Below are positions 24,131 through 37,408 of a DNA stretch of 64,000 nt, piece by piece. The notes under the pieces were generated by a model. The model searched no databases, had not been told where the DNA came from, and worked only from the letters and a program-made list of their open reading frames with translations. The translations under genes were made by a program, and so were the position numbers. Source of the DNA: Carcharhinus amblyrhynchos (taxonomy: Eukaryota); NCBI GenBank assembly GCA_965287045.1, contig OZ336897.1:11036001-11100000 (forward strand), given 5' to 3'. The stretch's first letter is position 1, and every line of letters starts with the position of its first letter.

Positions 24131-24715
24131 TTGAAAGATTGTGATCAGTGCCTCCAACTGTGCTTCTTTCAGCATTTGACTCAGGTGCCAACTTTCATTG
24201 GTACACCTCTATTTGTGGTCTTGTTTAGAACTTCCCTCCCCTCTCTTAGTGAAACCGTCATAGCATCCAACTCCATCATGAAAATAGATGCAAAGTACTC
24301 ATTTCAGTTTTCCCATTTCCTCTACCTTACACAAAGAATAAAGAACAAAGAAAACTACAGCAAAGGAACAGGCCCTTCGGCTCTCCAAACCAGCACCAAC
24401 CATGCTGCCAACTTAACTAAAACCCATCACTATGAAGATTTTCCTTTGGGCCCTTAATAGGGCCAACTTTTTCCCAATCAAACCACCATCATTTTAAATG
24501 TTCATATCTCTACTTTTCCTGTTTCCTTTTAACTTCTACTTCCTTTGCCATCTGTAGTGCATCATGCTCTATCATTTCTCCTCAAAGTCTCTCTTTAATA
24601 AATGCTTCATTGCTGCGTTACTGCCTTATCCTAAAATTACCTTTTCCAAATGACCTGTCCCTTATTACATAACCATAATTAGCTTTAATATTTTATCTAT
24701 TTTCACGATTACTTT

Positions 24716-27036
24716 AGAACATAGAACATTACAGCGCAGAACAGGCCCTTCGGCCCACGATGTTGCGCCGACCAATTAAAAAAGCAATGACCCTCTAACC
24801 TAAACCAATCCCTTTCCATCCATAAACCTATCCACGGATCTCTTAAACGCCCCCAAACTAGGCGCATCTACAACTGCAGCAGGCAGGGCATTCCAATCCC
24901 ACACCACCTTCTGGTAAAGAACCTACCTCTGACATCCGTCCTATATCTACCACCCCTTAATTTAAAGCTATGCCCCCTCGTGCTAGCTTTCTCCATCCGA
25001 GGAAAAAGGCTATCACTGTCCACCCTATCTAAACCTCGAATCATCTTATATGTTTCAATAATGTCCCCTCTTAGCCGCCTTCTTTCTAACGAAAACAACC
25101 CCAAATCCCTCAGTCTCTCCTCACAGGACCTTCCCTCCATACCAGGCAACATCCTGGTAAACCTCCTCTGCACCCTCTCCAATGTCTCCACATCCTTCCT
25201 ATAATGTGGGGACCAGAACTGCACACAATACTCCAAGTGCGGACGCACCAGAGTTTTGTACAGTTGCAACATGACGTTGCGGCTCCTAAATTCAATCCCC
25301 CTACTAATAAATGCCAAGACACCGTATGCCTTCCTAACTACCTTATCTACTTGATTCCCAACTTTCAGGGATCTATGTACACATACACCTAGATCCCTCT
25401 GTTCATCAACACTATTCTTTGTCCTACCGTTAGCCCTATACTCTACACATCTGTTATTCCTGCCAAAGTGAATTACCTCACACTTTTCCGCATTAAACTC
25501 CATCTGCCACCTCTCGGCCCAGCTCTGCAACTTGTCCAAGTCTCTCTGTAAACTATGACACCCCTCTTCACTATCTACCAATCCTCCGACTTTGGTGTCA
25601 TCAGCAAATTTACTGATCCACCCAACTATACCCTCATCCAGATCATTTATAAAAATTACAAACAGCAGTGGCCCCAAAACAGATCCCTGAGGCACACCAC
25701 TTGTAACCGAACTCCATGACGAATACTTTCCATCAACCACCACCCTCTGTCTCCTATCTGCTAGCCAATTCCTGATCCAATTAACTAAATCACCCCCAAT
25801 CCCATACATCTGCATTTTCTGCAGAAGCCTTCCATGGTGAACCTTATCAAACACCTTACTAAAGTCCATATATACCACGTCAACTGCCTTACCCCCATCC
25901 ACCTCTTTGGTCACTTTCTCAAAAAACTCAATAAGGTTAGTAAGGCACGACCTACCCTCCACAAAACTGTGCTGACTATCTCCAATCAATACATTACTCT
26001 CTAAATAACTACAATTCCTATCCCTAATAATTTTTTCTAAAACTTTGCCCACAACAGAAGTAAGACTCACCGGTCTATAATTCCCGGGGAAGTCTCTATT
26101 CCCCTTCTTAAACAATGGGACAACATTTGCTATCCTCCAATCCTCTGGCACTATACCTGTGACCAACAATGACCTGAAGATCAGAGCCAGAGGCTCTGCA
26201 ATCGCCTCTCTTGCCTCCCAGAGAATCCTAGGGTAAATCCTGTCCGGCCCAGGGGACTTATCTGTTTTCAAACCCTCAAGAATATCTAGCACATCCTCCT
26301 TATTAACTGCAATACCATCCAGTTTACAACCCTGTAACCCAGTGTTCTCCACAGCTACATTTATGTCTCCCTGCGTGAATACCGAAGAGAAATATTGGTT
26401 CAATGCCTCTCCAATCTCTTCTGGTTCCACACATAACTTCCCACTGCTGTCTCTAACTGGCCCTAATCTTGCCCTAACCAATCTTCTGTTCTTAATATAT
26501 CTATAGAACGCCTTAGGATTCTCCTTAATCCTATCAGCCAAAGTCTTCTCGTGTCCTCTTTTAGCTCTTCTTAACTCACTCTTTAACTCCCTCCTAGCCA
26601 ATCTAAAGCCTTCCAGTGCACTACCTGAGCCCTCAAGTCTCATCCTGACATAAGCCTCCTTTTTCCTCTTAACCAGCGAAACAACTTTTTTAGTGCACCA
26701 CGGTTCCCTTGCTCGACCATTTCCTCCTTGCCTGACAGGGACATACATATCAAGGACTCGCAGTAGCTGCTCCTTGAAAAAACTCCACATTTCGGACGTT
26801 CCCAGCCCCTGTAGTCTCCTAGTCCAACCTATGCTTCCTAATTCTCTCCTAATAGCCTCATAATTACCCTTCCCCCAGCTAAAACTACTGTCCCAAGGTT
26901 CCAGTCTATCCCTTTCCATCACTAAGGTGAACATAACCGAATTATGGTCACTATCACCAAAATGCACACCAACTTCCAAGTCTAACACCTGGTCTGGCTC
27001 ATTTCCCAGCACCAAATCCAATATAGCCTCACCTCT
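24716..27036 (-). mobile_element. Young 5'-truncated CR1 (HER1-like) LINE
   Basis: 3' tail ...gggcctgttctgcgctgtaatgttctatgttcta. Candidate TSD tacttt at 24710-24715 and 27036-27041. Contains the 717-codon ORF2 segment. Confidence 0.95.
24868..27021 (-). CDS. CR1 ORF2 fragment: end of the APE endonuclease (GDSDHN) plus a complete reverse transcriptase
   Basis: Motifs NYRPVSLTS, VYMDFSKVFDKV, GVPQGSVLGP and KFADDTK. A frameshift at the extreme C-terminus gives RFFTRRWCG instead of RFFTQRVV. The 5' truncation means it is not autonomous. Confidence 0.93.
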   Translation of the reverse strand: MDLVLGNEPDQVLDLEVGVHFGDSDHNSVMFTLVMERDRLEPWDSSFSWGKGNYEAIRRELGSIGWTRRLQGLGTSEMWSFFKEQLLRVLDMYVPVRQGGNGRAREPWCTKKVVSLVKRKKEAYVRMRLEGSGSALEGFRLARRELKSELRRAKRGHEKTLADRIKENPKAFYRYIKNRRLVRARLGPVRDSSGKLCVEPEEIGEALNQYFSSVFTQGDINVAVENTGLQGCKLDGIAVNKEDVLDILEGLKTDKSPGPDRIYPRILWEAREAIAEPLALIFRSLLVTGIVPEDWRIANVVPLFKKGNRDFPGNYRPVSLTSVVGKVLEKIIRDRNCSYLESNVLIGDSQHSFVEGRSCLTNLIEFFEKVTKEVDGGKAVDVVYMDFSKVFDKVHHGRLLQKMQMYGIGGDLVNWIRNWLADRRQRVVVDGKYSSWSSVTSGVPQGSVLGPLLFVIFINDLDEGIVGWISKFADDTKVGGLVDSEEGCHSLQRDLDKLQSWAERWQMEFNAEKCEVIHFGRNNRCVEYRANGRTKNSVDEQRDLGVCVHRSLKVGNQVDKVVRKAYGVLAFISRGIEFRSRNVMLQLYKTLVRPHLEYCVQFWSPHYRKDVETLERVQRRFTRMLPGMEGRSCEERLRDLGLFSLERRRLRGDIIETYKMIRGLDRVDSDSLFPRMEKASTRGHSFKLRGGRYRTDVRGRFFTRRWCGIGMPCLLQL

Positions 27037-28369
27037 ACTTTGAACAAAACTACATTGTGGATGCTGCTAGCTTGATGATTGCTTACTGTAAACACACTCC
27101 ACTTTCCTTACTCAATTTTTCAAATCCAAAGCCAATGCTGCTTCCTTCTTTGTTGGTTTGAAAACAATTGATCAAGAACCTTCTGTGCACATATCATAAA
27201 TTCTCCTTCCGTATCCTCTTCCCGATCTATATTCCAAGTCATCTATTACTGGGGGGAAAGAACTGAAAAAATACCAAAACATGTTCCTGCTCTGATCTCT
27301 GGAACGTTTTGCAAGGGCAATAAATGGATGAGTGGACCAGGCTTGAACCTGCCAATATTCACAACCACTTGAGCCACATCACATCAGTGTCAGACCAACT
27401 ATAGAATCCCAGCATAAATCAACACCTTTAGGAGAGCTGAGCAATTTTAGGCTGGGGGTGGGGTGAAGTAGAAGAGAAAAGAGAAGCAAAGAAAAAGAAA
27501 TCAGAAAGGTTTAGACCATCGTAGTGAGCAATGAAGGAGTGGGGCAGGTGGTTTTATCAGATGCATGTGTTTCATAACAACTCTTCAGTCTGTAACAATT
27601 GGAGTACTTTAGATGACGCATTGCAGAACTTAAGTGCATCAGTGTACATGAAAAAAAATCAAGATTTATCATTAAAACGTACATATTTACCATATTACTT
27701 TGGCTACTTATTTAGAATAAGCAAATTAATATGTATTATTAGTAAATCAGCCCACATAAACATTTCCAGCTGTGGATTCTTACATTTACATGCAGATAGA
27801 TTGAATCTACGTTTTTAATATGAATGCACTGCGTATTCTGTTGCAGCAGAACTGCACCCAATAGAATAGGAATTGAATCAGCATGAGATAATCAACTGTC
27901 TCTGATAAAGTATTAGTCGACACATTGATCGAAACATAAGATGCAGGTTTCTTTGTGACCTAATTCTGTTCTATGCATAGATTCCATTAAATGGCAGCCA
28001 GCTTTCGTGAGCTCCTGGAAAATACAATTAACACACCTCAGATGCAATGGGTTCAGAGTCAGCCTGAATATTTTTTTATGTAAGTCATCCTATGTGCTAA
28101 AGATAGTTTAACTGAGTTTTTCTTTTAACAGCAGTGAAGCAACCCTTACAAATACGAATACAATTTGAAATAGTAGATAAAGAGAAAGAAGCCTAAAAAT
28201 TTTCAGTGGACCGTTTGGTTTTCTAAATCTTAAATGGTGCTATTAAATAAAATATTGGGTGACTATAGTCATGTATGATTTTTAAAGTTCTGGATGAATC
28301 TAATCAATGAATCCCCATCTGTGCTGAGGTATCTGATTTTAATTCAGGTGACAAAAATAGTTCATACAA

Positions 28370-28820
28370 CTGGAACAGGGATTTCCCGACAGGATTATTG
28401 ACCCCAAAATGGAGGTCAATATCTACACTGTATGGGGAATAGTCAGTCTTCAGTGGCTTTCCCAGAATTGGCCAATTAGCAGGCAGTGGGTGGGCTCTAA
28501 TTAAGGAGGGCGGGTCCAAGGGGCCCAAACAACTTGGAAGCAGTTGCAGGTTGCTTTTGTATGTAAGTGAGGGAGAAGGCAGTCCACGATGGGAGCACTG
28601 CCTCCTCAACTTCTTAAAAATGAAAGTAGCACTCAGCAGCCGGGCACCTTTGTGGGAAGCTCCTCCATAGAGTGTCCTGCAACTGCGACTAAAACAAAGG
28701 ACTGCTACATCTGCCCGAAGCACTGGTGTTCCTGTTGGCAACAGGAGGCCATCTCCAGGCGGCTGTCCATTTTCCTGACAACTCCTGGGACCCTTGGAGA
28801 CCAACTGGAAAATTCCAGTC
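28370..28820. mobile_element. Putative MITE/non-autonomous DNA transposon
   Basis: GC-rich block with imperfect inverted ends cagggatttccc... and ...ggaaaattccagtc. Confidence 0.4.
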
Positions 28821-30404
28821 AGGCTTCAATAATAAGCTGTCCATTATGTGATTCAACTGTGCAGTACCCCATCTCAACCTGCCACTGGGAAAATGGCTCA
28901 GGGGCAGGATGGGGCTACAGAAACAGCATGTTGGCCAGTGATGTCCCATCAAAACCTAAACATTCAGCATGTGGTCTCAGCATCCATGGCTTTGTGTGGC
29001 AATCAAGAAAAAGCAGCTTAGCATGTTTGGACTCACTTACACTGCTCCATAAGAAGGCATGAGCAATGGTAGATTAGGTAAGATACTGGAAGAATACCAG
29101 TCTTCTTGGAATTGTACCTGAAAACAAGTAATTAGTCTGACACGAGGAAAAATTGGATAGGTGCAAAAGAATGTAACTTTTTCAATGGGCTATTAATACA
29201 AAGGTCCCTCTGTAAGTTGTGCAAAATCTACATTCAATATTTAGATGACAGCTTATTTCAATACTGAGAAGCTCTGCTTCCTATTCATTCCAGAGGGAAG
29301 TGAATTACTGTTCAAAATTATCTGCTGGCAAATTTGAAATTGCTTGATTTGATTTTCTGCTGCAATGGGAGAAACACTGCAGCAATGAAAAGGCCACAAC
29401 AGCCAAGAATGTCGTTGCAAAATGCCATACCAGTTTGATGAAGGCATGCTTCTAAGAAGTGAAAACAGTTTTTAAATGCAAATGTTTTATACTCATTTTT
29501 TTCTTAAATCTGCTTGCCATCTCTCCTGAGAATGCTGAGGTGTGTAGCAAGTTGTCCTGGGTACTTCACTGAGTTCATGTCGGAGCCCAGCGAAGCCCAG
29601 TGGAAAGGATACTTGTTTGCAGAGAGAATTACAGCTGAGCCAGACATTGTCCTCATCTGAGATGCACACTTACCAGCAAAGATCATCAAATATCAATTAG
29701 GGGTGTGAAATATTTCTGAATTCCTGTCCAACTGGGAGGCACTGAGGCCAATCATATCTCACTGTTATCCAAGGTGACAATAGATAACTTGATGAAAACC
29801 ATTTGAAACCTTCTGGTCTTTATGGCTCAGTGAATCTATTTACTGAAGAGCAATTTTGCAATAATTGTTTCCCCCTATATTTTTCCAGCTTAGGGGTTTA
29901 TTAGTACTAAATCCTACTTGAATGATTTTGAGATTTAATAGTCAATCACATAAGTCTGATGACAACTTCTCTAATCTTTAGCAGATGTTAGTTTACATAA
30001 TATTCTATTATAGTGGCTGGTTATGGTACTCACTAGCAAACCAAAGGTCTTGCCCTCATGTCAAAGTAAGTTGTGAATTGAATTCAATAACTGTTCATCT
30101 GTAGGTTGGCAAGTAAACAAACTGACTTAAATGATGTCAAATTCGACTGGTTCACCAATAGCACTGGAAGAGAACCTGCCACCTCTAGCCTGTCTGGTTT
30201 AGCCGTAACTTTGAGTCTCCTCCATGGTTAATTCTAAATGTTCTCTGAAGTGTCCTTGCAAGTTTCCATTCGAGAAACAATTGCTATCAAAGGAAGCAGC
30301 TCACCAACTTCCTTGGACAGTCAGTTACTCCGATCCAAAGAACAAAAAAAAGATTTTTGAATGAAATTTGTAACTAAGGGTTGGGGGTTGGGGGTGGGGA
30401 GTAA

Positions 30405-30545
30405 CAGCGGAAATTCTCTGGTCCCAACACTGTCAATGGGATTTACCACTGATGCCACCCCACACTGCCATGAAACCCATGGGAGGGGGTCTGCTGTCGA
30501 CAGGACTAGAAAATCCCACCAGCGTGAATGGCTGGAGAATTCAAA
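30405..30545. mobile_element. Short MITE-like repeat
   Basis: Inverted ends aattctctgg and tggagaatt, with internal gggatttacc/aaaatccc symmetry. Confidence 0.45.
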
Positions 30546-30879
30546 TGAAAGAAAATATTGTACTATTAAATCATTTCAATATAAGTTATAGATAATTATG
30601 CCCCTCCCTCTTCCCAGATTTATCCCCTCTTCACCTGAAGGTGATCATGGCTTCTGTTAAGTCCAAGTGTAAAATGGTCCCACCTGAAATATTGTTACCT
30701 TCCAAATGCTAAGAGTCTCTACTGAGTGCTTCTAGTGTTTTCTGTTTTTATTTTGAATCTTCAGCATTCTCAGTTTCTTTTTATTATTGTGTATAATGCA
30801 ACTCTAGTTTTATGTTAAAAGGCACATAGCATTCAAACTTGGGGTTTTGGAGTTATGGTTGTTTATAGGTTGAACTTGG

Positions 30880-31560
30880 GCATTACTCAATGAACTGAAG
30901 CACCAGCCGGAAAAGCCACAATTTTCCCAGCACTTGCATTACTGTTATTTAAACTGGACCCATAAAAGTCGGCTTGAATTTAATCACCACAATGCATCTT
31001 TAGTGAAACATCACTCATTTCATGGTGAGCTTAGTGTTTTAAATTGCTTATTTAAGTCTGTGCAGTTTCCACAATTTCACACTTCTATGATAAATTTCTC
31101 CCCTCGAGGTGAAAGGGTCCAGGTTCACCAAACGGTGGATTAATCCCCGAATCCCATTGAACAAGAAGCACGCATGCAAACCAGCAGAAATTGAATGTCA
31201 ATAAAGGGTTTATTTTGGATTGATTCAAACTATTTCAGAGGGGTAAGAATACTCCCAAATTTCATTAGTCTGCCGAGCAAATGAAATGGCATTGCACTTA
31301 TAAGCTCTAATTTATATTTATGCTCCAGTTCCTCCCAGTAAAGAATGTGTCTTTGCTAAAAAAGGGCTTTACTGCAGAAATGTAATTAACAAACTCACAG
31401 AATGTTGCCACTTAAAATGGTCAGAACTACTTGTTTTTGAATTATAATGGCTGCCTGCCGCTTGATTAGAAAGAGTGACTTTAAAACAAAAGTGCTAAAT
31501 ACAACAGCAGTTTCAACTGCTCCAGAGAAGAAACATTTCAAGCCGTGTAGATGAGTGCAA
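30880..31560. promoter_or_regulatory. Candidate conserved non-coding element/enhancer
   Basis: Repeat-free, retains CpGs, rich in TAAT/ATTA and ATTG motifs. Conservation has not been tested. Confidence 0.35.
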
Positions 31561-34500
31561 CAAAAATAACACCAGGAGATAAAGTGAGGAGAGACACAGT
31601 ATAATTATTACTTACTAGTTCTGCTGGATGCCACAGATATTCTTAACAGCTTGTTCATTGTCAAATCAACAAACAGTGCTGAATAAATGACCTATTGGGA
31701 ATTATTCTCCAGCAGCATTCCTCCCCCTTGCTGGATGTCATTTACAATCAGTGAAGGCTGCCTCAAAGCTGACAGCAGCTCCCTGAAAGCCCTGCAGACT
31801 CTAGCTCTTTACCAGCTACTCGAGTCTATCTTCAAAATGAACATGATAAAATCTTGTACAATTCTCTGTGATTCATAAAAACTTGTCTTTTGGCTGGCAC
31901 AAAGCCTATAGGATCCTAAATGGCTGAACTTAAATCCTGTATTTTAGCTATATTTTACATGCAGATCATTTTTATAGCTCATCTTTTAAAAACATCAGTG
32001 GGATAAATGCTGCAAAAAAGCAGGATTTCAAAACATCTTGGTGTCAATAGAGAACATGACAGTAAATCCCTTCAATGACTTTACACAAAAAATGTACTGA
32101 ACAAGTTTTAAAAAGCCAAATATACAATGGCTGACATAATGATCAGAGGTGCCATTTCTGTGGGCACAAAAACACAATGGCTCAGAGGTTTGAATGAAAA
32201 AAGGTTGGGTTGGATTATCTACTGTTACGCCACTCAAAATTGGATGGGATGGTGGAGTAATATAATTAAGCAGCAGGGCCTATTCTGATATTTTCACCTT
32301 AAGTAAGCTTCATTCCCTGATAAGATTTAAGTTGGCCACTTGTCCAGTTCTTGTTATATGTATATGTCAGTGAGTTGCCAGGGTGGTTAAGAGGCAAGGG
32401 GAAGAGTGTCCAGCCTCCTATCTCAATTCCCCCTTCCTGCCTGTACTACCATTGCATGTTATAAAACCTGTTAAATTACCTATATGTACATATATTGATC
32501 TATAGTATATACATAGATATAAATATAAGGAGTGCTAAGCAGTTATGTGTAGCCAGAGATAGGCTTAGCAAGGATATATCATTTAAATCAGAAGTTGCTG
32601 AGAATACTGAAAGATATTTAGGAATTGTATCGAGCATAAATGGTAAGTAAGACCTCCTATTTTGTTGGCATACATTCTAGAATTATGGTTCCAAACATGT
32701 TAGATAATGCAACTCTTGAATTTCTGTGTACAAGGGACAAGGGTATGAGATGACAAAATCATCAGAGAAGGTGTTCTGCAAACAGTTCAAATAGTTTAAG
32801 AAGTTTTGTAGGTGGTATTTTGTACAGGCCTTTTTGAATGTGGTTGACTCTTAAATGTCCTCAGGGATGGGCAATTAATGCTGGCCTAGCCAGCAACACC
32901 CATATCCCATGAACAAATTTAAAAAAACTGAAGTAAAAAATTGCAATAATGTTTGTACTGCACAAAAAGACCCTGGTTTTTTTTTCTTTTGTGATGTGGC
33001 TCATGTCATAATATTGATGGCAATAAACATCTTCCTTATGCTGCAGAAGATGGATTCTGGCACAGAGAGAAGTAACTTCATCAAGTTTCAAAGGACTAAC
33101 AATTTTTGGACTGTATGAAATCAAAAAGCAAGATATGGGTTTTCCCTTTATAGCACAAGGAAACTATAAACATTGGAAATCTGAAGCCGGAACATAAAAT
33201 GTGAAACCACACAAGTTAGTCCGCATCTTTAAGAGGAAAATATGAGTTAAATTTCTGGGTTCTATCCTTCTGAAGGTGCTGGCTAGTCTGCTACTCCAGG
33301 AATTGTTATGTTGTTTAAGTTACAATATATCACACGGCAGATACATAGAGGGAGTAGAGGTTTGTGGACAACTTTTGATATTGTTTTTTGTCTTGAAATG
33401 ACATGTGTTCTCTTGTACTCACAAACTTAAGAATGACTTAAGTTTTTATGTTTTAGGTTCAAATTCAATCATTAATTGAAAGACAAACTCAAAAATTAGG
33501 ATATGGAGCTAGGTTGCAGATCAATCATGATCTGACTGAATGGTGGAACAGGTCCAAGGGACTAAATGTCCCTATGTTCCTAGGAGTCCTGGAAATGTTA
33601 GCTTTGGTCTTTTATTTTTCAGATGAGATGCATGAAGCCTCCTTTGGATTACAGTATACGTCATTCTTGCCATATCAATGATTGGTATTATTGCAGAGCA
33701 CAACCTTAATTGCTAATGCACAATACAGATGGGTGAATGGAGTTAAGGAAAGATAAAGCAGTGAAGATATTGCTAATGCGAGAAGGCTTTTTTTTAAGCA
33801 TTCTACATTTGAAGGGAGTTTTATTATCTATTGTATCTGTTTCTTTCAGATAATTTTCATTAATAATTGTTCTAACTTTTTTTTACTACTGAACCTATTC
33901 TGCTGATTGAACCCAATTTTCTGATTACAAACATATTGCCTTATTTTTTGTGTCGAGGCAGCCTGGATTTGCTTGCAGCTGATTTTTTTGACCTGAGTTC
34001 AGAAAAAAAAGCTATCAGATGGCTTATTCATATTGCAGTTGCTCCCACTGGCATATTACAATAAACAAAGTCTACGGGACTCTTGCCAAAACAAGTAAAC
34101 CAAGCATAAACAGAACAAAAACAACCAATAATCACAAGTGGCACACTGATCACAAGCTTTTCAAAAGATGCTACATGCAATATTTCAGAAGGAACAAGGA
34201 CACACCAGACAATTTTCTAGAAGAGAGGCAGCAATGGAGAAGAAGCTGCATCAGACTATACTCATCTGCCAATACCCTCCACCCACATTGAGAGGCACAA
34301 CTTCTTGGCAGTGACCTTAGAATTAGCTACATGAACCCTGGGGCAGCAGATAGCCAGATGCAGTGCTATGTGATCTGTTAAAAATACAAATCCAGCCAAC
34401 ATGAATTACCAGTGACAGGGGCAGTCAGCTTCACCCTCAATTCTGATTCCTCCACCATCTTTCAGATATACTGCGATGTGGTCTATGGGGACAGCTCCTT

Positions 34501-36439
34501 GGAGTGGCAAGGAGAGCTACTGCCACCAGCTCGTTTTCTGATACTTTTATTCCATCAATTTTCAAATATGGGGTTGGAGTGCTGTGCAATCCATTGTTTG
34601 GCCAGGCTCAGCTTTCTGCATTCACAATGATTGTCGCAGACAGCCATTTTACTGACCGAACCAGTTCTGAAAGAGTTGAAGTGAACATTAAAGTATCAGT
34701 ACACAATCAAAATACCACAGATACTGGAAAATTGTAATAAAAGTAGAAAATATTGAGAGTTTTAATGAACTTTCCACAGATACCGTCAGATCTGCCAAGT
34801 ATCTCCAGTACTTTTGTTTTCATTGAAATATTAGCATCATTTGTAAAGCTGCCAACACTTCCATTCCAGTTGCATCCCTTTAACTTTTACCCAACACCTG
34901 GTATAAGCGGCTCTTTAAGGGCTACTTAACGTGATTTCTTGCTCCCTTAAAATACAGGAAGCTGACTACATTGAAGGTCAGAGAAGGTACTAAAAAAAAG
35001 GACTGCCTAGTACCTGATTAGAAATTCCTTCCTTTATATGAAGCACTTTGAAATGAATCTGAAGATGTAACAAGATGCTCTGTAAATGCAAATTGTTCTG
35101 TGATCTGTCATTACAAAATACAAGTGATAATTTCAATAAGATTATCAGATACTATACTGCCGTGCCTGCCTTCACCTATGGCACCTCACCGCTTCAGCCA
35201 AAACCATATGAAGGCCAGTAGTAGAAAAATTCTTGAACGGGCACAGCATTCAAATCCATGTTAGGAACGAAACACAATTTTTTTCTTTTTAATCCTGATT
35301 AAAAAGAATTCTGGTAATCCATTCATGATATTTAACTGAACAAAGATTTATGTCAATTAATGCAAACTGCTCAATATCATTAATAAAACTGAGTATGTAG
35401 TTGTATTCTGCACCATCTATAATGAATTCTAAACTCTAATCCCACAAAAGGTAATTCTGAGAAGACAAGAAGAATGTTCTTTGCTCGTGAGTTGAAAAAA
35501 CCAAATACATACCACTGCTTACATTGCACTGCCCAGAAGTAGTCTGAACAAGAAACTGACTGAAGAAGTGGACTCGTATCATGTTAAGACTCAATCAAAT
35601 GCATAATTTGTCCCATAAACACTCATTGACAAATGGATAATTTAAAGCAGATATAGGATTTTCTCATTCATAAATCCCTTGGAGGTCAGAAGCCAATGTC
35701 CCCAATCTACAACAAGCCAAATGCCTCATGGACTGGTATTTCTGAGGCAATTAACAACCAAATAGGTAAATACAATCTGTTTGAACATCACAAGCTTCTA
35801 AGAGTGAAAGATATTAATTCAAGTACAGAAGGTTGCAAGGCTGAAATTATATTCAGAGCAAGGCAAGTAAGGCATACATTTTCATCTAAAAAGCTGGAAG
35901 TAGAAATTACCCATCAAAAAGGGATGGACCTGTTGGGCATAATGGTCATTTCAGTCTCCTGGAAACTATTAAGACAACTGCTTATTTTGTCAACACATTG
36001 AAATGAAAATTAGCTCCTGAATGGCATGTGGAAATATAATTAAACATATCAGGCCAGGCTGTCAACAGTACAACTGTACTAATTATTTGCTGTAAAAAGG
36101 CAAGTCTAATGACTAGACTAATTGGTGTGTCCCATGTGCAATGTAACATTCCTTTAAATGTCTGACTAACCAGAATATCTGCTCCCACCTGAATGTGTGT
36201 GAGCTTTAGATGTCAAAACATAATTTGCAACCAGCAAATAACACATCCGCAAGAGTATGGGACAATTCCCCTCCAAAAATTGCTTTAAACTGATTGAGAT
36301 ATTTTCCTTGCAAAGTAACATATTTTTGTAACACCTTGTTGTGGTTAATAGATTAGTTTTGAAGTTCATTGAGCAGTGTTGTATAGGTAAACGTGACAGC
36401 CAATTACACAATATGACTGATTGACCAATTGGTAGGATA

Positions 36440-36630
36440 ATAGAAACAAAATACTATGGATGTCGGAAATCTGAAACAAAAACAAGTAGTGCTGGAAATA
36501 CTCAGCAGATCTGGCAGTATCTGTGGAGAAAGAAACGTATTTAATGTTTCAAGTTGAATACGATTCTTAGAATCATATTTGACTTGAAACATTAACTCCA
36601 TTTCTCTCTCCGCTGATCCTGCCTGACCCA
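36440..36630. repeat. Shark palindromic repeat (Penelope-like termini)
   Basis: gctggaaatactcagcagatctggcagtatctgtggagaaagaaac...ttgaaacattaactccatttctctctcc. Confidence 0.65.
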
Positions 36631-36669
36631 AGTGGTGGTGTTAGTTGCAGTTCTTATTGTATGCTTTAT

Positions 36670-37340
36670 TCACAATTTAGGCCTTGTCCTTTATACCGAG
36701 AGGTCCTGTATTTTAACCCAGCTAAGGCAGATGAGATGAAACCCTTCGGGGGTGATCTTATCCTGGCAGTGCCCAACGGGGACAGTGGTACTGCCCAATG
36801 GGCACCAAGCAGTGCCAAGGAGGCAAAGCCTAAGAGGAAGAGGCAGTGCCTGAAGGGGTGCAGGGCCAGAAGGGATGGGCCCATGAACAGGGAAGCAGGC
36901 AGCTCCATAGGGGGTGTACTCTGCATTGGGGGAGGGGGTGAAACACGGCCAGAGCAGCAACTGGGAGGATGGGGGAAGGGGATTTGATGGGTGGTGGAGA
37001 GGACCTGTGAGTGGGAGAGGTATCAGGAGCAGCAATTGGCGGGGGGGGGGGGGGGGGGGGTGGGGGTGTATATGCGGGGGTGCAATACTAGTAGGGTGGG
37101 GAGAGTGACAGATCTCCCAGTGCACTGTGTATACTTGCAATAGTGCCCTTAGAGCCCAGCAGGCAGCTTCTTGGCGAGAATAGGCTCCATCCACTCCTCC
37201 TACTGGCGAGAATCACAGTTTGCAACTTTTTTTCTAAGTGCCATATGATTGCTCTGGGAGCTCACATAAAAATGGGTGTGTTTCTCTCCAGTTTTCATGC
37301 TCGTTTGGCGCTTAGATTTTTTTTGGTAAAATTGCCCCCT
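36670..37340. mobile_element. Putative GC-rich non-autonomous DNA transposon containing a G20 run
   Basis: Sharp GC-rich block ending in ggtaaaattgcccc, with poly-G at 37041-37060. Confidence 0.4.
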
Positions 37341-37408
37341 TGTCTTTTGGTTGCTGTTAAAGAGGTACCAAATTAAGTGGGTTCAGGCTCAGCGTGGGTA
37401 CACCTTTC

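Noticed and set aside
28304-29062. Overlapping 166-aa and 157-aa ORFs
   Set aside because: They lie in a GC-rich MITE-like repeat, where stops are rare, and show no recognisable domain.
36661-37194. Pro-rich and Gly-rich ORFs of 108-167 aa
   Set aside because: They are products of a GC-rich repeat and its poly-G run.
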